From NCBI GenBank assembly GCA_965153455.1, contig OZ234493.1, positions 28,572,213 to 28,636,212 of the forward strand: 64,000 bases of DNA, given 5' to 3'. The notes below the pieces were generated by a model. The model saw only the letters and a list, made by a program, of their open reading frames with translations, ran no database searches and had not been told where the DNA came from. How positions within the stretch are numbered: the first letter of the stretch is position 1; each line of letters opens with the position of its first letter. The position numbers and the translations under genes were made by a program. The stretch is from Sphagnum compactum (lineage: Eukaryota). Shown here in pieces: positions 38,295 to 53,185 of the stretch.

Positions 38295-38800
38295 GTTTTT
38301 ATAACATGACCTATGATGGCGAACACTTGCTTTTATCAATTGTTTTGCATTAAATCCAATTAGGGTGCATTCCAAGTTTGAATTATAACATGTGTGGGTA
38401 GTTATTGTAACATGATCTAAGATGCCAAACATTGCATTGTGTCAACTTTTTTGCCTTAAATTCACATTTAACACAATCCAAGTTTCAACTATAACATGTG
38501 GGTAGTTTTTGTAACATGGTTTAAAATGCCAAACAATTGCCTTTAACAACTATTTTGCCCTAAATTCACACAGGGCCCAGGCAAATTCCAAGTTTCAAAT
38601 GTAACATCTTTGTGGGATTTGTAACATGGTCTAAAATGGCAAACACATACCCTTAGCAATTATTTTGGCCTAAATTTGGTTGGGGGGCATTCCAAGTTTC
38701 AACTATAACATGTGGATAGTTACAAATATTTCATGGCAAACACTTACCTTTATCAATTGTTTTGCCCCAAATTGGGTCAGGAGGCATTCCAAGATTTGAA
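38295..38800. repeat. Degenerate ~110-bp tandem repeat x4-5
   Basis: Recurrent CATTCCAAGTTT..ATAACATG..GTAACATGGT..AAATGCCAAACA..TTTTGCC.TAAATT. Confidence 0.75.
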
Positions 38801-40769
38801 ATAATGGAACATGAATCAAGGACAACCACACGGAACAAGATGAAGGATTGTCACATGCAATGGTTCCTTGCTAGGGAACGATTCTTTGTGGGTCGGGATG
38901 GTACAGACTTTGATGTTGTGAAACTTGTTTTTCATGTTGATGCCCAAAAAAGGAGTGCCAACATAACCAACAATGCCAAGGAGGCTCACCTTCACCTAGT
39001 GGATGGGGAAGGTTCACAATTAGCGGTTGTAGTTGCATACCATGGTTTCAATGATCACCAAACATCCAAAGTTGCTAGTAATAATGTTTCTTTATGTGAC
39101 ACAATTGTCCCAATGTTTTAGTTGCATGTTGAAAGGTTTTTGTATAATGTATGCATTCTTTGCAACTACAAAGTGTCACACAACTTGTAGGGGTTTTCAC
39201 ACAAGTTGCAACAAGATTAAACTTTACAAATGTAATGGAACTAAGTTGATTCAAATCAAACATAACCTTTAATCAACTTGGTAATGTCACCCAATTCAAA
39301 CCAAGCCAATTAGATTTACAAATGTGCTTGCCATTTCAAGATATTGAGTGCATAACTAATGTCAATTAACTAGCTAAAAACCTCAACCATGAGCTTGCAT
39401 TAGCAGTGGCATCACAATTTGCAAATTATAAATGATTTAATGTGGTGCAACATCTAGCCATTGACAACATTTGCCACCAGAACCAATAATCATTGTGTAT
39501 GAAAACATCACAACATGTTATTATGCTTATAAAAGATGACTCACCACAACATTTGTGGGAAACGTTAAGGTTATATTTTATTCCCATTATTTGATTGGAC
39601 TATGTTCATGTTCATTATTATTTGTGACATTTGCAACTTGAGCTAGTAACATGGTTGGTGTATTGTTTCTTGTTTTCATTGTAAGGTTACCAAGTTGTTG
39701 GATGAAATTAAGAAATGACACAACTCTGGACACATTGGTTATATTATCTTTTTCAAGGGTTTCAAAAGTATGGAAATTGATATCTTCTTTAGTGATATAA
39801 ATCATCTCATAAACTTTGAAGCATTGGCTTTTAGAAGATCTGTCTACGTCTAATGCTCAAAAAAACTTAAGTTCTTAATTCTTGAAATTGTTATATGTAA
39901 TCTACACAGTTTCACGTCTAAATGGAGTTTTTCACCGTTACGCATTTTGGATTATAAATTGTTATGTTGCTACTTCTTCTGATTATGAACAATATCGTCT
40001 GTCTTTGTGTCGAACATATTGAGTAGAGCCAATTTTGCTAGTTGTGTTGCTCACATCATTGTAGCCCATTTTTGTCCTTGGTGTCGTTGGTTTCATGTTT
40101 TCCTCTTCCTCATCCATTAGGACATCTTTTGGGCATGGTGTATTTGGCACCATGCTTTCTTCTTTGTCAACTGACTTCATCATTCCATAACCAAAGCATG
40201 TCTCGGAGTCCTCCTCTTCCACCTCGTTGCTAATTGTATTAGTCTCCACTAGCTAGTCCATTTCCCAGTTGTAAGTGAGTACTAGTGCTACATATGGATC
40301 ATCATCTGCATTTGAATTGTTTTGTAGCCAATTTTTTTTAAAGATCAAATCACTTATTATTTTGGGCACATTAAACCTTAGTAGGTAATCGCATTATGTT
40401 AAGGACACAAAAATACGCAAAAACAAAGGCTAAAGGAAAGTTTTAAGTCTAACTTTCAAACAAGGAACAAGACAAGATTACGTGCTTCAAAAACAAAAAC
40501 ACAAGAACTAAAAACAAGAACACAAGATGTGCAAAACAAATGTGAATCGAATTTTTGTTGTGCTAACATATGCAAACATGAAAATAACATGACAAGGCTA
40601 TGGTGCAAGATCGTGCTTAAGATTAATGTTGAACAAACTAAAGGAAATGAGGGGTTTTACTCTTATTTATACCCCTTTAGGGACTTAGCTCAAGGCAGCT
40701 TCCAAGGAAACTTCTATGTGTGCTTCAAATAAGGAAGCTTTTTGAAAACCTTCATAGTTGAAGATTGAC

Positions 40770-41015
40770 TATGAGTTGACTAAAACTTAATTAAAAGTAA
40801 ACTCGAACTTAACTAGGACTCAATTAAAAGTTAACTAGGACTTAATTGAAAATTAACTAAAAGTTAATTAAGACTTAACTGGGAGTTAACTAGGTTTTAA
40901 CTGGGAATTAATTAGAACTTAATTGAAACTTAACTGGGAATTAACTAGGATTTAATTAAAATTTAATTGAAAGTTAACTGGGTCTTAATGGAAAGTTGAT
41001 TAGGACTTATCTAAG
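40770..41015. repeat. Degenerate ~11/21-bp TTAACT-based minisatellite
   Basis: Repeated TTAACTAGGACTTAATTGAAA variants. Confidence 0.75.
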
Positions 41016-44000
41016 AGTTATGGATGAACATTATGGATGAATTCCATCCATCAGAAGATGGTGTTTAATGTTCGCCTCCATCACACATTGTTGATGAAAT
41101 CATGTTCTGAAATTTCTATTTGTCGAATCTGTTGGCCATGGATTATCTTTAATGGTTGTCGTAAACTACTTAGAAATTTCGGGATAAACATTTTGATAAT
41201 TATCCCATATATCTTGTAATCTTGCAAATGGCTAGTTAATGCCTAGTATCCAACCACTACCTAAAATTCTACATCTACACTTTTCATATATCTTTTCTCC
41301 ACATGCGAGTACAAATCCAAATCTGATGGTGTTTGACAAAAATATTGTGGATATGGATATTGTGACGTGATGCAAATGAAAAATCTATTTTTTTTTATGG
41401 AACCTTTCAATCTCAAAATAAAACCAAATTGAATGCACAAAATATCCTAAGTTTGGGAACATGTCGAGTTGGTGACATACTTGTAGTGGTCCCCTCAAAT
41501 TATGCATTTAAATCTAGCATGATAACTTTGTTTTTAATTGGACCATTTGTTGGTAGATGTGATTTTGGAACAATAACATATGCCAAAATGGCTCCAAATG
41601 GCAGAATAATTACATCTGTGTCAATTGCCACAAAATCAAATATTTGTTCATCATCTAATGCTTAGATATAATATTTTCAATGATTATTTGTTTCAACGAT
41701 CATTATGGATTTGTTCAACAAGCAATTTGAACATTCAATTTTTACCCTCATTTTCTTTCTTTTTCAAAACTAAATATTTCCTTTTGAGATCACATACTTT
41801 GAAAAAATATTCATGTTATCACGTGTAATGAACCACAATTTAATGCAAACAATGGGGTTTTAGATCCCCCGTCATTTCTCGACACGTTTTTGTTTTCAAC
41901 TATCGTACATTTCTTGTGGTTTCGGGATTGGCCTTATCATCTAAATAATTCATCGGATGTTTTAACACTTTGTTCTTCAATTCTAGTGGCACTTAAGCTC
42001 TCTTACAAGGAGTTGCATGCATTCATCTTTTGGGTTTCATGAATTTTGTTGATATCAAGTTGTCAAGGGTAAACAAATCCTCTATCAACAAATCACTCAA
42101 CAAGCTTGTGAAAAAAAGTTCTAGAATCAACTTCTTAAAATTTTTGCATTCTTTGAAGAAATCCATGGCATGTGTGAACATTGACCAATTATAGTCTGTC
42201 ATATCTTCCTTGGAAATATTTATAACTTGTTTGAACAATGCAAGACATTTTGTGTTTATCTTCGCATTTGCCCATCACCATGCCACCCATTCATCTATTT
42301 TGTCAATTGTCCTTTTCCATTATGTTCCCCATGTTTTGATTTTCAGTAATGCTAGAGGGGGACTAGTTGGGTTTTGTTTCTTGGATATTCTAAGGGTTTT
42401 TTTGTCATGTCGCATATTCTATCCAATATGCTTGAGATTAATGTATTTAAAGATTCCAAGGTGTTGGGTGTGACATTTGGTGTCAATTTTGTTCTTCCCA
42501 TTGTAGAATAAAGATTTCATGATTGCAAACACGTGGTAGAGGTAAAAAGGATGGAGCTAGGCAATTTGGTTGGAATAAATGCAATTTCAGGTATATATCA
42601 AGCAAATTACTAGTAGAAGGGGGAAAAAACAATTTGATTGTACAAGTGGTAAAAATGGTGTTAGATGTAAGAGGTTGAGAATGTGAATGAAAATAACAAA
42701 TAATTTGAAATGGTATAAACAATGTAGAATGTCATAGGCTACCTAATATTGTCTCAATTCTTAAAGGGCACATGCTTCTTGGTGGTGAATGGGTAGTGCA
42801 TGGATTGACACATACCTCTTGCCAAAGTTCATGAAAAAGTTCATCCATTTTACTTATCATCCATAAATATCGTTCATCCATGAACACATGGAAAAATATT
42901 CCTCCACATCACTAAATATTTTGTCCCATGTGTCAAAAAAATTATGTTGACGTCAACAAAATGATCTTAAAAAGATTCCCTTGGGTTCATTTGTTCCCAT
43001 TACCTGCTCACTACTCATGCTCACACGCTCACGAGATAACAACCTTGTTATACAACATGTGTAGTTACATAAGACAAGTTACAAAAGACATTTTTTTATT
43101 AGTTTAAGGAAATTTTGTGTTTCTCAATAGTTTCATGTTCATATCACTCCTCTTCTCACATCGACAAATTCCTTCCCATGCTTTTCACCTCAAAAGAAAA
43201 TTCCTAAACTTGTTACAAAATAATGTTCAATAAGGTTTTTTAAAGGAAGACAAGAAAATCCAATTGAAGAGTTGTGTAACTTAAGCATTAGACAAGGTTT
43301 TTTCAATGAAATATTTCATGTAATCCATGAATGCCTTAACAACACATTTTCCAGTATAGGAAGGTGTTTCCATAAGCATTTCATAACCATCATCACAACA
43401 CCACAAAAAAATTTACCTCAATAATAATGTTGCGCTTACACTTGAAGCTCATGCAAGTTTCACGAGAGCTCCATTACATGTACTTCAACAAATTGCATTA
43501 ATTCTTCAAGCATGTTAAAGAACCTAATGCGATACAACAAACACTACTTGAGATAATCGTTTACATTATTGGTGTGCAATAAACCAATTGATTGTTGCTT
43601 GAAGTTGTAGGACAATGGTGATGGAGGTTCAAGCTAGTCTAGCGATGGAGATGATATGTAGGCACCAACAAGGACTGTTACACTGCATTAGGGTTTAGGA
43701 TCCAAGATGGCGGGGCTATGTGGATTGTCTTAATTTGTGCAAAGGATGTTTGAAATCAACGCATGTTACATGGGCCCGTCCAATGAGATGACATGCAATG
43801 GTCGATGTACCCGTCATCCCATAGATGCCATAGCAACCATCACGTGTTACAGAGGATATATTATGTAACATGCAAATGTGATGGTTATGCATGCGAAGGA
43901 GGATGGGGGGTTTGGAAGGGAGGCCCATTTTGGTGACGTCATGTTGAGTGACAATACTTCTGTAACTAACGCATTTACAATCTTAGGCCTGTTTAATATT

Positions 44001-47000
44001 TTTTTCGTCCAGGTCGGGACTTTGGAGCTTTTTAATACATTTTTTGCTCGGCTGTCCTCCATGTTGGGAGGGGAAACAGGTCTCGAAGTCTCCCATAAAG
44101 TTGTTTGCCGTGTTGTCTGTTATATTGCCTCATCAGAAGCCCACTCATTTTGCAGGAAATTATTAAATTTTGGGGTCGTGGGGAAAAGGGGTGGGGAATT
44201 TGCCAAATTTTGTCTCAGGAATCAACAAAATGTCTTCGTTCCGGAGAGTTTGGGGGGAGGGGCCGGCTTGGTACTGGCTAGGGGGGGGGGGGTGTGGAGA
44301 CTTGGTCGGAACGCCTATATCAGTTGTCCGCTCCCCCTTGCAACAAGTGAAATTGTGTCCATTTGACACATAAAATATCGAGCAAAGCAATATTTTGTTG
44401 AAGGTTCCTCTTATGTACCATACCTACAAGTGGGACTTGTGTATTTACTACTATTGAAATTTAGGGTTTCTTCCATCACTTTGAATAAAAAAAATCATCT
44501 TCATAGAAGGCTAAGACTTTGAGCTTATAGATTGGAGTTTCTATATCATTTTTTGTAAAAAAAATTTACAAACATATCTTGGATTATGTGCATATATAAT
44601 ATTATGTATTTTAATAATTTTTAATTATCTTTTTGTAGGTTTTGTGACAATGTGTGCTGTGTAGGAGGAAAGTTAGATGATAAAAAAAATCCTTGTCCAT
44701 TTGAATCAAATAAGAACTTTTGAAATCATAAACCCTAAATCTTATTTGTACTCAAAACCGCATCCACTTCAACAATCCTAAACCCTATATTCGATAATTG
44801 CCATGAGTTGAAACAAAACCTTACCCAAAACCTTACCCAAAAGCATTTGAAGAAATTTCCCAAGTGTATTTGAAAGGCACCTGATGGTTGTGAATATTTT
44901 GCACCTACTACTTACAAGCAGGTGGGACCTTACACCTATGTAGGTAGGTGTAAGACCCCTCTTGCTCCTAAAAGAGTAGGTGCAAGATCCCTCCAAGTTT
45001 TACAGTCTCCAATTCCTGAATCAGAATCTCCATTGTTCTTTTTAGGGAATTTTCTTTATTGTACCCGAAGTGATGATCATCCATTGCAAGATTTAGCCAA
45101 ATCTAGAAATACATTTTTAAAAATCAATCTTCTACATTTATGGCTACAACACTGAAAACGAAATATAAAAAATAAGGATTTTTTTAATTTTATTTTTCCC
45201 TCACTTTTGACAATTGAAGCCCTCCAAAATCACTTCATTTTCAAATCTTTAATTTTTTAATTTCGATTTTAGGTGAAATTTCACCAGGAAAAAAAAGGCT
45301 GCTCCTGATATAAGTTAGCCTTGGGTGAACCAGCAGCACACACAATGTTACCATGGTAACAAATTCCTGAAATTTTTAAAAGTTGCTTCTAACCATGGTA
45401 ATATCCCATCCTAACCTCTGGTTTATGTGTAGTTAACTTTATAAACATTGTAAAGTTTTACTCTGCATCTTGCGGGGTAAATATTGCCGTATTTGTTTGG
45501 CTTTTTATAATAGGAGATTCGTGTTGCCGAATTTGGCCCAACCGAACAAATCTAAACCCAGTGGAACACTCTACCATTGCCATTATCCTCACGCATACAT
45601 AATAACTGGTCTCATATTTACTTAAGTAGGCTAGTGGGGATGGGGAAAGAAAGAGAATGGCATTTTGCCAAACTTCACTAATCATCATAATTAGAGTGGG
45701 TTGGGAATTAGTGTGATTTGCACTATAGTATGTGTGCAATTACTCAAATTCGAGGTTGAGAACTTGCTTACCGTGTGAACCAATGTTGCGAAGTTCTCCA
45801 GTTTGGAGTAATAAACTCACTTTTCAGGTTTAAGTTCTTGTGACCTTGGACCCGAATCAGCCGATCCATAACTCATAAAACTAAATATGAACTACTTTTC
45901 TTCAAAAATGATTATGGGCACCCACCCATTATATACAAAAAATGATATAATTCTTTCAAAACGTGATCATGTGATTGAAAACATTCAAATACACATGTCA
46001 TGACAAGTGCTTTTTTTTGGGTTTGAAAATTTGCACAAATATGAAAAATAAATATGAAAAGGAAATATTTGATTTTAAAAAGAAAAAACACTCACTGGAT
46101 TTGAAAAAAATTAACATTCATGTTGTGACATTTCCCTATTGGTTTTGGTTTGGTAACAATTTTTTAAATGTTTAGATAGGTTTTTAGAACATGTCATCAT
46201 TTAATGTGAGATCTCTTTTGGGTTCCTCGTGACTAATGTGATGTTAAAAAATGAAAAAATAAAAATGACAATTTTTACAATAATATGATGTTTTACATTG
46301 AAATAGATTTTAAAAAAATTTCCCCCTAATTATGACCAATTTGTCATACAATTTCAATTTTTGATATTAAGTTAATGATAGGGCCACACCTTGTTAAAAT
46401 TGAAATTATAATTGTGAAAAAAAATTCTTGAATAGAGGTTCAAGTTCTTTAAGTAGGCAATTAAATTTTTTTTGTTGAAAAGTTGACAAGTAGGCTAAAC
46501 TTTATAAGTAAGTGATTTGTTTTAATTTATTGTAAAACTTCATACTTATACAATTCCTAATTTTAATTTGTTGTGAAACTTTGTACATATATTACAATCT
46601 CCAATTTCAAGGGTTGTGTAACATGTACAAGGAACTCGGACCCAGTTTCTTAAACCTCGCCCAAAAGTAAGTACTTGAATTTGAAAGAAAAAAAATGCCA
46701 AAATTGGAAACGTAAGTATAGAAATTTGAAGAACTAGATTCAAACTCACACCTGAAGAGCATACATACCAAATTTATTTATTAAAGTGTCAAAACCAGGA
46801 CTGAAAGTTCCTCTCGAGAAGGAAGAATCACCCAACACTAGTGTGGATCAATGTTGCTTGATTTTGGGATTTTTGAAAAAGTTCAAAAGAACTAGTGGAT
46901 TTTATGAAAGAACCAACCAAAGAACCAAAAGTTAGAGTAGAATTTGGGACTGGTTCTTTTGGTTAGTAGGGATCAAACCCAATAAGTTGATGCAAAGATC

Positions 47001-50000
47001 ATATCCCATTTGTAATTGTGGAAATGGGTTCTTTGATTTTCTTCGTACTACTACGCATCTAAGCTCCATATACCCAAATCACAAATCTACTCTGGTTTGG
47101 AGTTTGGAGCAGACTAAATTGAAAGAGATCAATGTAATAATTTCCAACATCGAGGACAATCCTGAGTAGAGAGTGTTGTGACCAAGTGGCTAAAGTAAAT
47201 GACAAGGTAGGTTTGGAGGGAAACACAATAGTCCGTAAATTTAGTGTTGTGGTGGAGGAGTGTAGTACACGACCTGATTTGGTAATTGAAAGAGATTCCT
47301 TAAGTTGGTTGCAAACTTGGCAATTACGGTATTTAGTTGGAGGTCTGGTGTCTGGTCAACATGTATGATCTTTGAATTTATTTATTTTTCTTTTCTTTTT
47401 TTAGATCGGAAATTAAATTAAAGTTTTTTTTTTGTTTTTTTGAAAAAAGATTTGTGATGTAGCCAAACTGACAATCATTCATAAGAAGATTTAGCCAAAT
47501 TTGGCTATAGAAGCAAATATGAAAAGTAAAAGTTTAAAAGAATCCTTAACATTTTGGACTACCATGCTAAAACCCAATAGAGAAATCTGTTGATTTTTTC
47601 AAAAAACGATTTCAAAATCTGGCTAGGCTACTAGAAAACAAAAATAATAAATTATAGCCATTTTGAAAAAAATAAATAGTGAAAGTGGCTAAATTTAGCC
47701 AGGAAAAAAAGAATGCTGAGATTCTGATTCTAAATATAAACAGACAAATATATATTTAGTAGAATTCCCAGGTTTAGACTCTCAACAGAAACAGCAGCTG
47801 TTTGTTCTCAATGGAAACTTTGTTGCCAGAATATTGGAAACTCCAGAATACTGCAAAATTTGGCTTTTCATTTGACTTGAAAGCCAACAACAAAAGGCAA
47901 GAGGCAATAATAGTGGATTTATAAATTGATGGGCGGTGGTGGGAACTGGGAACTGGGAACATATGATGGGAACTGGGAACAACCAACCAATTTTGCAGGC
48001 TCCCCAGCTTTTAAGACAAGTGTTTGGTGCAGCAAGCTTTTGGTGGGGACTCTCTTTTGTTGTTCACAAAAGGTGGCCTCTGGCATCAAAGAGATGGCAG
48101 CAGCGATGCCTCTTTCTTACTGGAAGGCCAGAGTAAACCAGTAGCACCATGAAGAAAGAACCTCTGACTCCAATTCTACACAAAGGGGTGTGTCACACTG
48201 TGGCCCTGCCATTTTTACATCAGAAAGTATCTGAAGGCAAAAGAAGAATTATGGAAACTCAAATATTTCACCATGCAAAACTATAATACCTAATCTTCAA
48301 AAAAAATCTCTTAAAGAAAGCCAAAATCCTTCAAGATATTATTATAACTCTATAATAACTAATCTCAAGTTTCAACACAAGACAAAATATCATCTTTCAA
48401 AAATCCTCATATAAAAAATAGACCTATTATTATTATTACCTAGGTGCACACTCTAAACACAACTAATATGTTTGCTACAAGCTTTAAAAAGGTGGAGATT
48501 TTGAGTGATCAAAGTGCCATGCCCTATTCACAATGGCATTAGATGATGTTTTTTCTTATAAAGCTCCTTTGAATGTCTGAATGGCTTTTAGGCTTTTAAT
48601 GTGTTTGTGTCATTTCGATCTATAACATCACCCATTCATAAAAGACATGTGCAAGTTGTTTTGTTCATGGTTTTGAGTCAATATACTCATTTGATGTGTT
48701 ACTTGAGCAATATTCCAACCCAAATGTTTTTGCCCCTTCAATGGTTTATGGCATGTAAACATCACCCATTTGCAAGAGGCAAGTAAGAAATATTCACAAT
48801 TGTGTATAGTTTGATGTGGTGTAACTTGCTTGAATGAAGCTTTAAAAAATTATGGATTTTCAGCAACAAAGGTTGACTTAAATGAGTTTGTCTAATGCAA
48901 GATTTGTAATCACAAAAAATTACAATAGCACATATCAATTCTCTTGCATAAATAAAACATCAAATTTGCGAAAGTCTAATTGCTTATAGACAAAATCTAT
49001 TTGTTGTTCCATTTAATAATACACTTGAAAATTTTGCTGAAATTGCAATCAAGTTGTCACAAACATATTTTGCTTTCAACCAACATTTCTAAACCAACAA
49101 TGGACCAATCATTTGAGGCATTAGACAAACATATAACAAACATCAATAACCATGTAAAGTAATGTGAATTTGCTTGCACTATCAATGCATTGAGATTAAA
49201 AATGGATAATAAAAATGACAAAGAAGTGGACTTAAGTTTATGCACATATTTAAGCCATCTTAGATTTAATTATATATACTTTTTGCATCAAATTTTGATA
49301 CCCTATATCTATTTAAATTTATAATTTGGTAATTAAAGTTGTGAGGAATGATGAAAATGCAATTGAACATGGTATGAGCATAAGATAAAACATACCATAT
49401 GTATTTAGCATATCTTTCAATTAGGCAATTGAAAAATAACAAATTAAAATATTCATTTAAAGTGTAAGTGTTTTAAAATCATTTTTTGGTCAATTGTGTG
49501 AAGGGATCTTTCATTTCACATTCTTGCACTTTTGATTACTAATTCATTTATTACTACTAGTTCGTCTAATTGAAGTTAATGATACTAATTAGGCCTATTA
49601 ACAATAATTCTTTTCAAAAAATCGTATGTTATACTTTCTACTTGTTTTTATAATATCAAGGATTAATGTATCTCCTATATTAATTATATCTTGGTTTTCA
49701 AAATAAACATAATCAAGTTATAAAACTAATTAAATTGTAAGCTTTACCCAACAATCAATATATGAAACCCTATATTTTTATTCATGTGTTTTGTAAATTC
49801 AAAAAATAATGTTTCCCTTGGGTTTCTTACTATAAGTCAAATCTAAACCTAGATCCAATTGTTGTCTCTTCTTAAATAAGTCCAAGTTCTTTAATTATAT
49901 TAATAAATTACACTTGATGCAAAATTGAACATTGATTTGCAAATAAAGAAACAAACAAGTGGCGTAGGTTGCAACAACTAGTGAGGAAAAATATGGTGAT

Positions 50001-50854
50001 TGACATTGCAACAATGTCCTCAAAGAAGCTTGTGGAGATGAGGGAAAATTGTTGCATTGACACCAATGAACATTTTAGCTTTAAGATTTCTTTTGAGCAT
50101 TGAAAGAAGAGGTATTCTCTTATATCCTAAGTTGTCACAAACTCATGGACATTGTAAAAAGTTGCAAAGTTGTGTTAGGTTTTCACCTTTGTTTATTCAC
50201 ATTACAGTTGCTAGATGTTTTAAGTTGCTTCACTTTAACACAAGTGTCCAAGGATGTCTAGTGACAATGGTATTTTGTGCATTGTTGTTGAAAAGGGAGG
50301 CTGAAAATGATGAACTCGAAATGACGAGGCCAATTTTTGCTTGGTGATTTAAATGTGGCAATGGGGATTTCAACAATGTCCTCTTTATACCAATAGCTAA
50401 TTACCATGAAGGGGACATTAGAGTATTGTGATGGAGATGCTTTAAATTAAATTCATTTATTAATATCTTATTCCACCTATAACACTAAATTCAACTCTTT
50501 CCACTTACTTTGATATGGATTGTTGGCTTGACCCCAAAGGGAAAAGAGCATGTGAACATAAAATATCTAGGTAAACTTTTGGCTTGCACTCACATTATGA
50601 ATCTTAATATAAGGGTGGCTTTAGCAAATGTCTATTGAATAATTAATTAATTTTGAAGATTATTTTCAATAAAATAATTCAAAAAATTCAAATTTTTGTC
50701 ACAAAAATTTGTCCTTTGAAATTTTATTTTTTGAAAATTTCAAGATTTTAGAAATACATATTATTTTTGCTGAAGTTGCTAAGGTACTATGGTTTCATTA
50801 TTTCTCGTGATTTTATTTGAACCTAACATTAACACCAAAACCATTATGAGTTGA

Positions 50855-51150
50855 TTCTTGTACTTTCATGCATACTACCAAACTAACCTTCTCAATTGAA
50901 TTTGAATGACATGATGAAAAACCAACATTCATCAATTTTTTTGAAAAACATACAATTTGTAATTGTTTATTGTTCATGAAATCCTTAATACAAAGGAACT
51001 ATTTCTTGTATTTTCATGCATACTACCAAGCTAACCTTCCTCAATTGAATTTGAATGACATGATGAAAAACCTACATTCATCAATTTTTTTGAAAAACGT
51101 AAAATTTGTAATCCTCCATTGTTCATGAAATCCTTAATACAAAGGAACTA
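50855..51150. repeat. 148-bp tandem duplication
   Basis: TTCTTGTA.TTTCATGCATACTACCAA...TACAAAGGAACTA at 50855 and 51003. Confidence 0.9.
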
Positions 51151-52229
51151 TATTGGACATTTTTTGAAGGCTAAACATTGGATTGCATACATGTGAAACA
51201 CATGACATTTTAACTTTCTAGCACATTTCCTCTTGGAGTTGAAAACATGTTACAATATCACTCAATTGAAGAAAAATACAACAATAGTACTCAAATTATT
51301 ATATATTGTCATGTGTAATGACAATACATGACAATTATTACTACAAAATAATAATAAAATAGTCCCCAACTTCACTTCTCCTCTATCTCCCATTTCATTT
51401 TGTTAATTTAAAATTGTGAGATATTGGAATAAGAAGTATATGTTTTTTCAAGTCATTTTTTCCAAGATGTATTTTCCTCCTTGTGATAAAGGGCTTTTCT
51501 AGTTCAACTAACATCAATGTTTATTTTTTTCATGAATTTTTCCCACTATGGCAAAGAACAAAAGTGCTTTGTGGTACTCATACAATTTTATTTTTTGGAA
51601 AAATGGCCCTAAGTTGCCATATTTTGAAAGAATAATGTCTAAATTTGTCATACTTAGACTATAGGTTAAAAGAAATCACCAAATTAAGGTAGGAATTTGG
51701 AGTAAATCAAATTAATCCATGATGATAAATAAACTATTGATAATGGATAAATAAATCATAGTTTTTACATTTTTTTTCATTACATCAAAACGCAACATTT
51801 ACAACTTGGGCTAGATGGTAACTTTCATGATTTATTTATTGATTAATAAATTATGCAATAATTATATTATTATTATTATTATTAGTTTGAAATTAGGTTT
51901 TTAAAATATAAATTTATAATAATGAAAATGGCAACCATGTGGATATGTGCACCATGGCATGTGATTTTGAACATGGCCCACACATTTTTCAATCTTATTA
52001 TATAATGTCACTAGTACAAAAGTGGGGTGTAATTCACTAACTTAAATCACTATGGGACTTTTAAAGTGAAATAGGTTCATTGCACTTTTTTTATTTCACC
52101 TTAATAAAAGTTATTTCACTATAGGGTCATTATGTAAACATCAAGTTTTAGTACCAGTTGACATAATTAATTATTATAATTTATTATAATAAATAGGTTC
52201 AGTTGTATGTTGTTGTTTTAAATATCATA

Positions 52230-53065
52230 AATTACTTCAAATTATACCCTATATTATTCTAAGCTACCTTAATTATTCTAACTTATAACCTAAGTCATTA
52301 TATGTTATTATAAATTATTATACCCTTGGTTATACCTTGAACTATTATAGGTTATTATATCTTAAAGTATCTTACCTTATTATAAATTTTTTATTTTAAA
52401 TTGAATTATTTAATTAAACTTAGGTTATACTAAAGGTTATTTTATTTTAAATTAATATATGTTATTTCAAATTACATCTTAAGCTATTCAAGGTCATTCT
52501 ACTTTATGTTATAATAAGTTATTTTATTCTAACGTATAATAACTTATAATAACATAATTAAAATATGATGACTTAAAGTAAAATAACATATATTAATTTA
52601 AGGAGGAATAACTTATGATAGAATAATATAAAATAAAGAACAATAGCTTATGATATAATAACAAAAAAAACCTATGGTAATATAGCCTACAAAAAAAAAA
52701 CCAATAATAACCTATGGAAATATAATCTAGAATAGCCAACAATAACATATATTACAATAACCATCAATAGTCCATGGTAATATAGCCTAGAATAACTAAC
52801 AATTGCTTATAATAAAATAGCCATCAATAATTTACAATAGAATAACCAACAATAACCTATGGTAATATAACTTAAAATAACTAACAATAGCCTATAATAG
52901 AATAATCACCAATAGCTTATGGTGATATAACAAAAAATAGCCGATGATAAAATAAACAAGAATTGCCTATGGAAAAAATTATAGAATAGCCAACAATGAC
53001 TTATGATGAAATAACATGTAATAGCCTATGGCAGAATAGTCAAGAATCGCCAAAAATAGTCTATT
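52230..53065. repeat. AT-rich arrays of ATAACCTAT-type units in opposite orientations (foldback-like)
   Basis: The left part is rich in TAGGTTATT/TATTATTCTA and the right part in AATAACCTATGGTAATATAGCCTAGAATA. Confidence 0.5.
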
Positions 53066-53124
53066 TTTTAATAAAAAATGTATAATAATATGTGAGAACA
53101 AAAAAAATTCATTCATTTAAATAA

Positions 53125-53185
53125 CGGTTCAATGATTAAGGACTTGTTCATTAAATATGGAGGTGAAAGGTTCAAACCTTCACAC
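53125..53185 (+). mobile_element. tRNA-derived (SINE-like) head relic
   Basis: A-box-like CGGTTCAATGATTAAG and B-box GGTTCAAACC (53169-78) inside a T-arm-like stem GTGAAAGG/CCTTCAC. No complete cloverleaf. Confidence 0.35.

Noticed and set aside
48500-50400. Decayed coding-like sequence (also 22260-22700 and 23400-24400)
   Set aside because: These are probably old TE fossils, but I could not identify a diagnostic motif.
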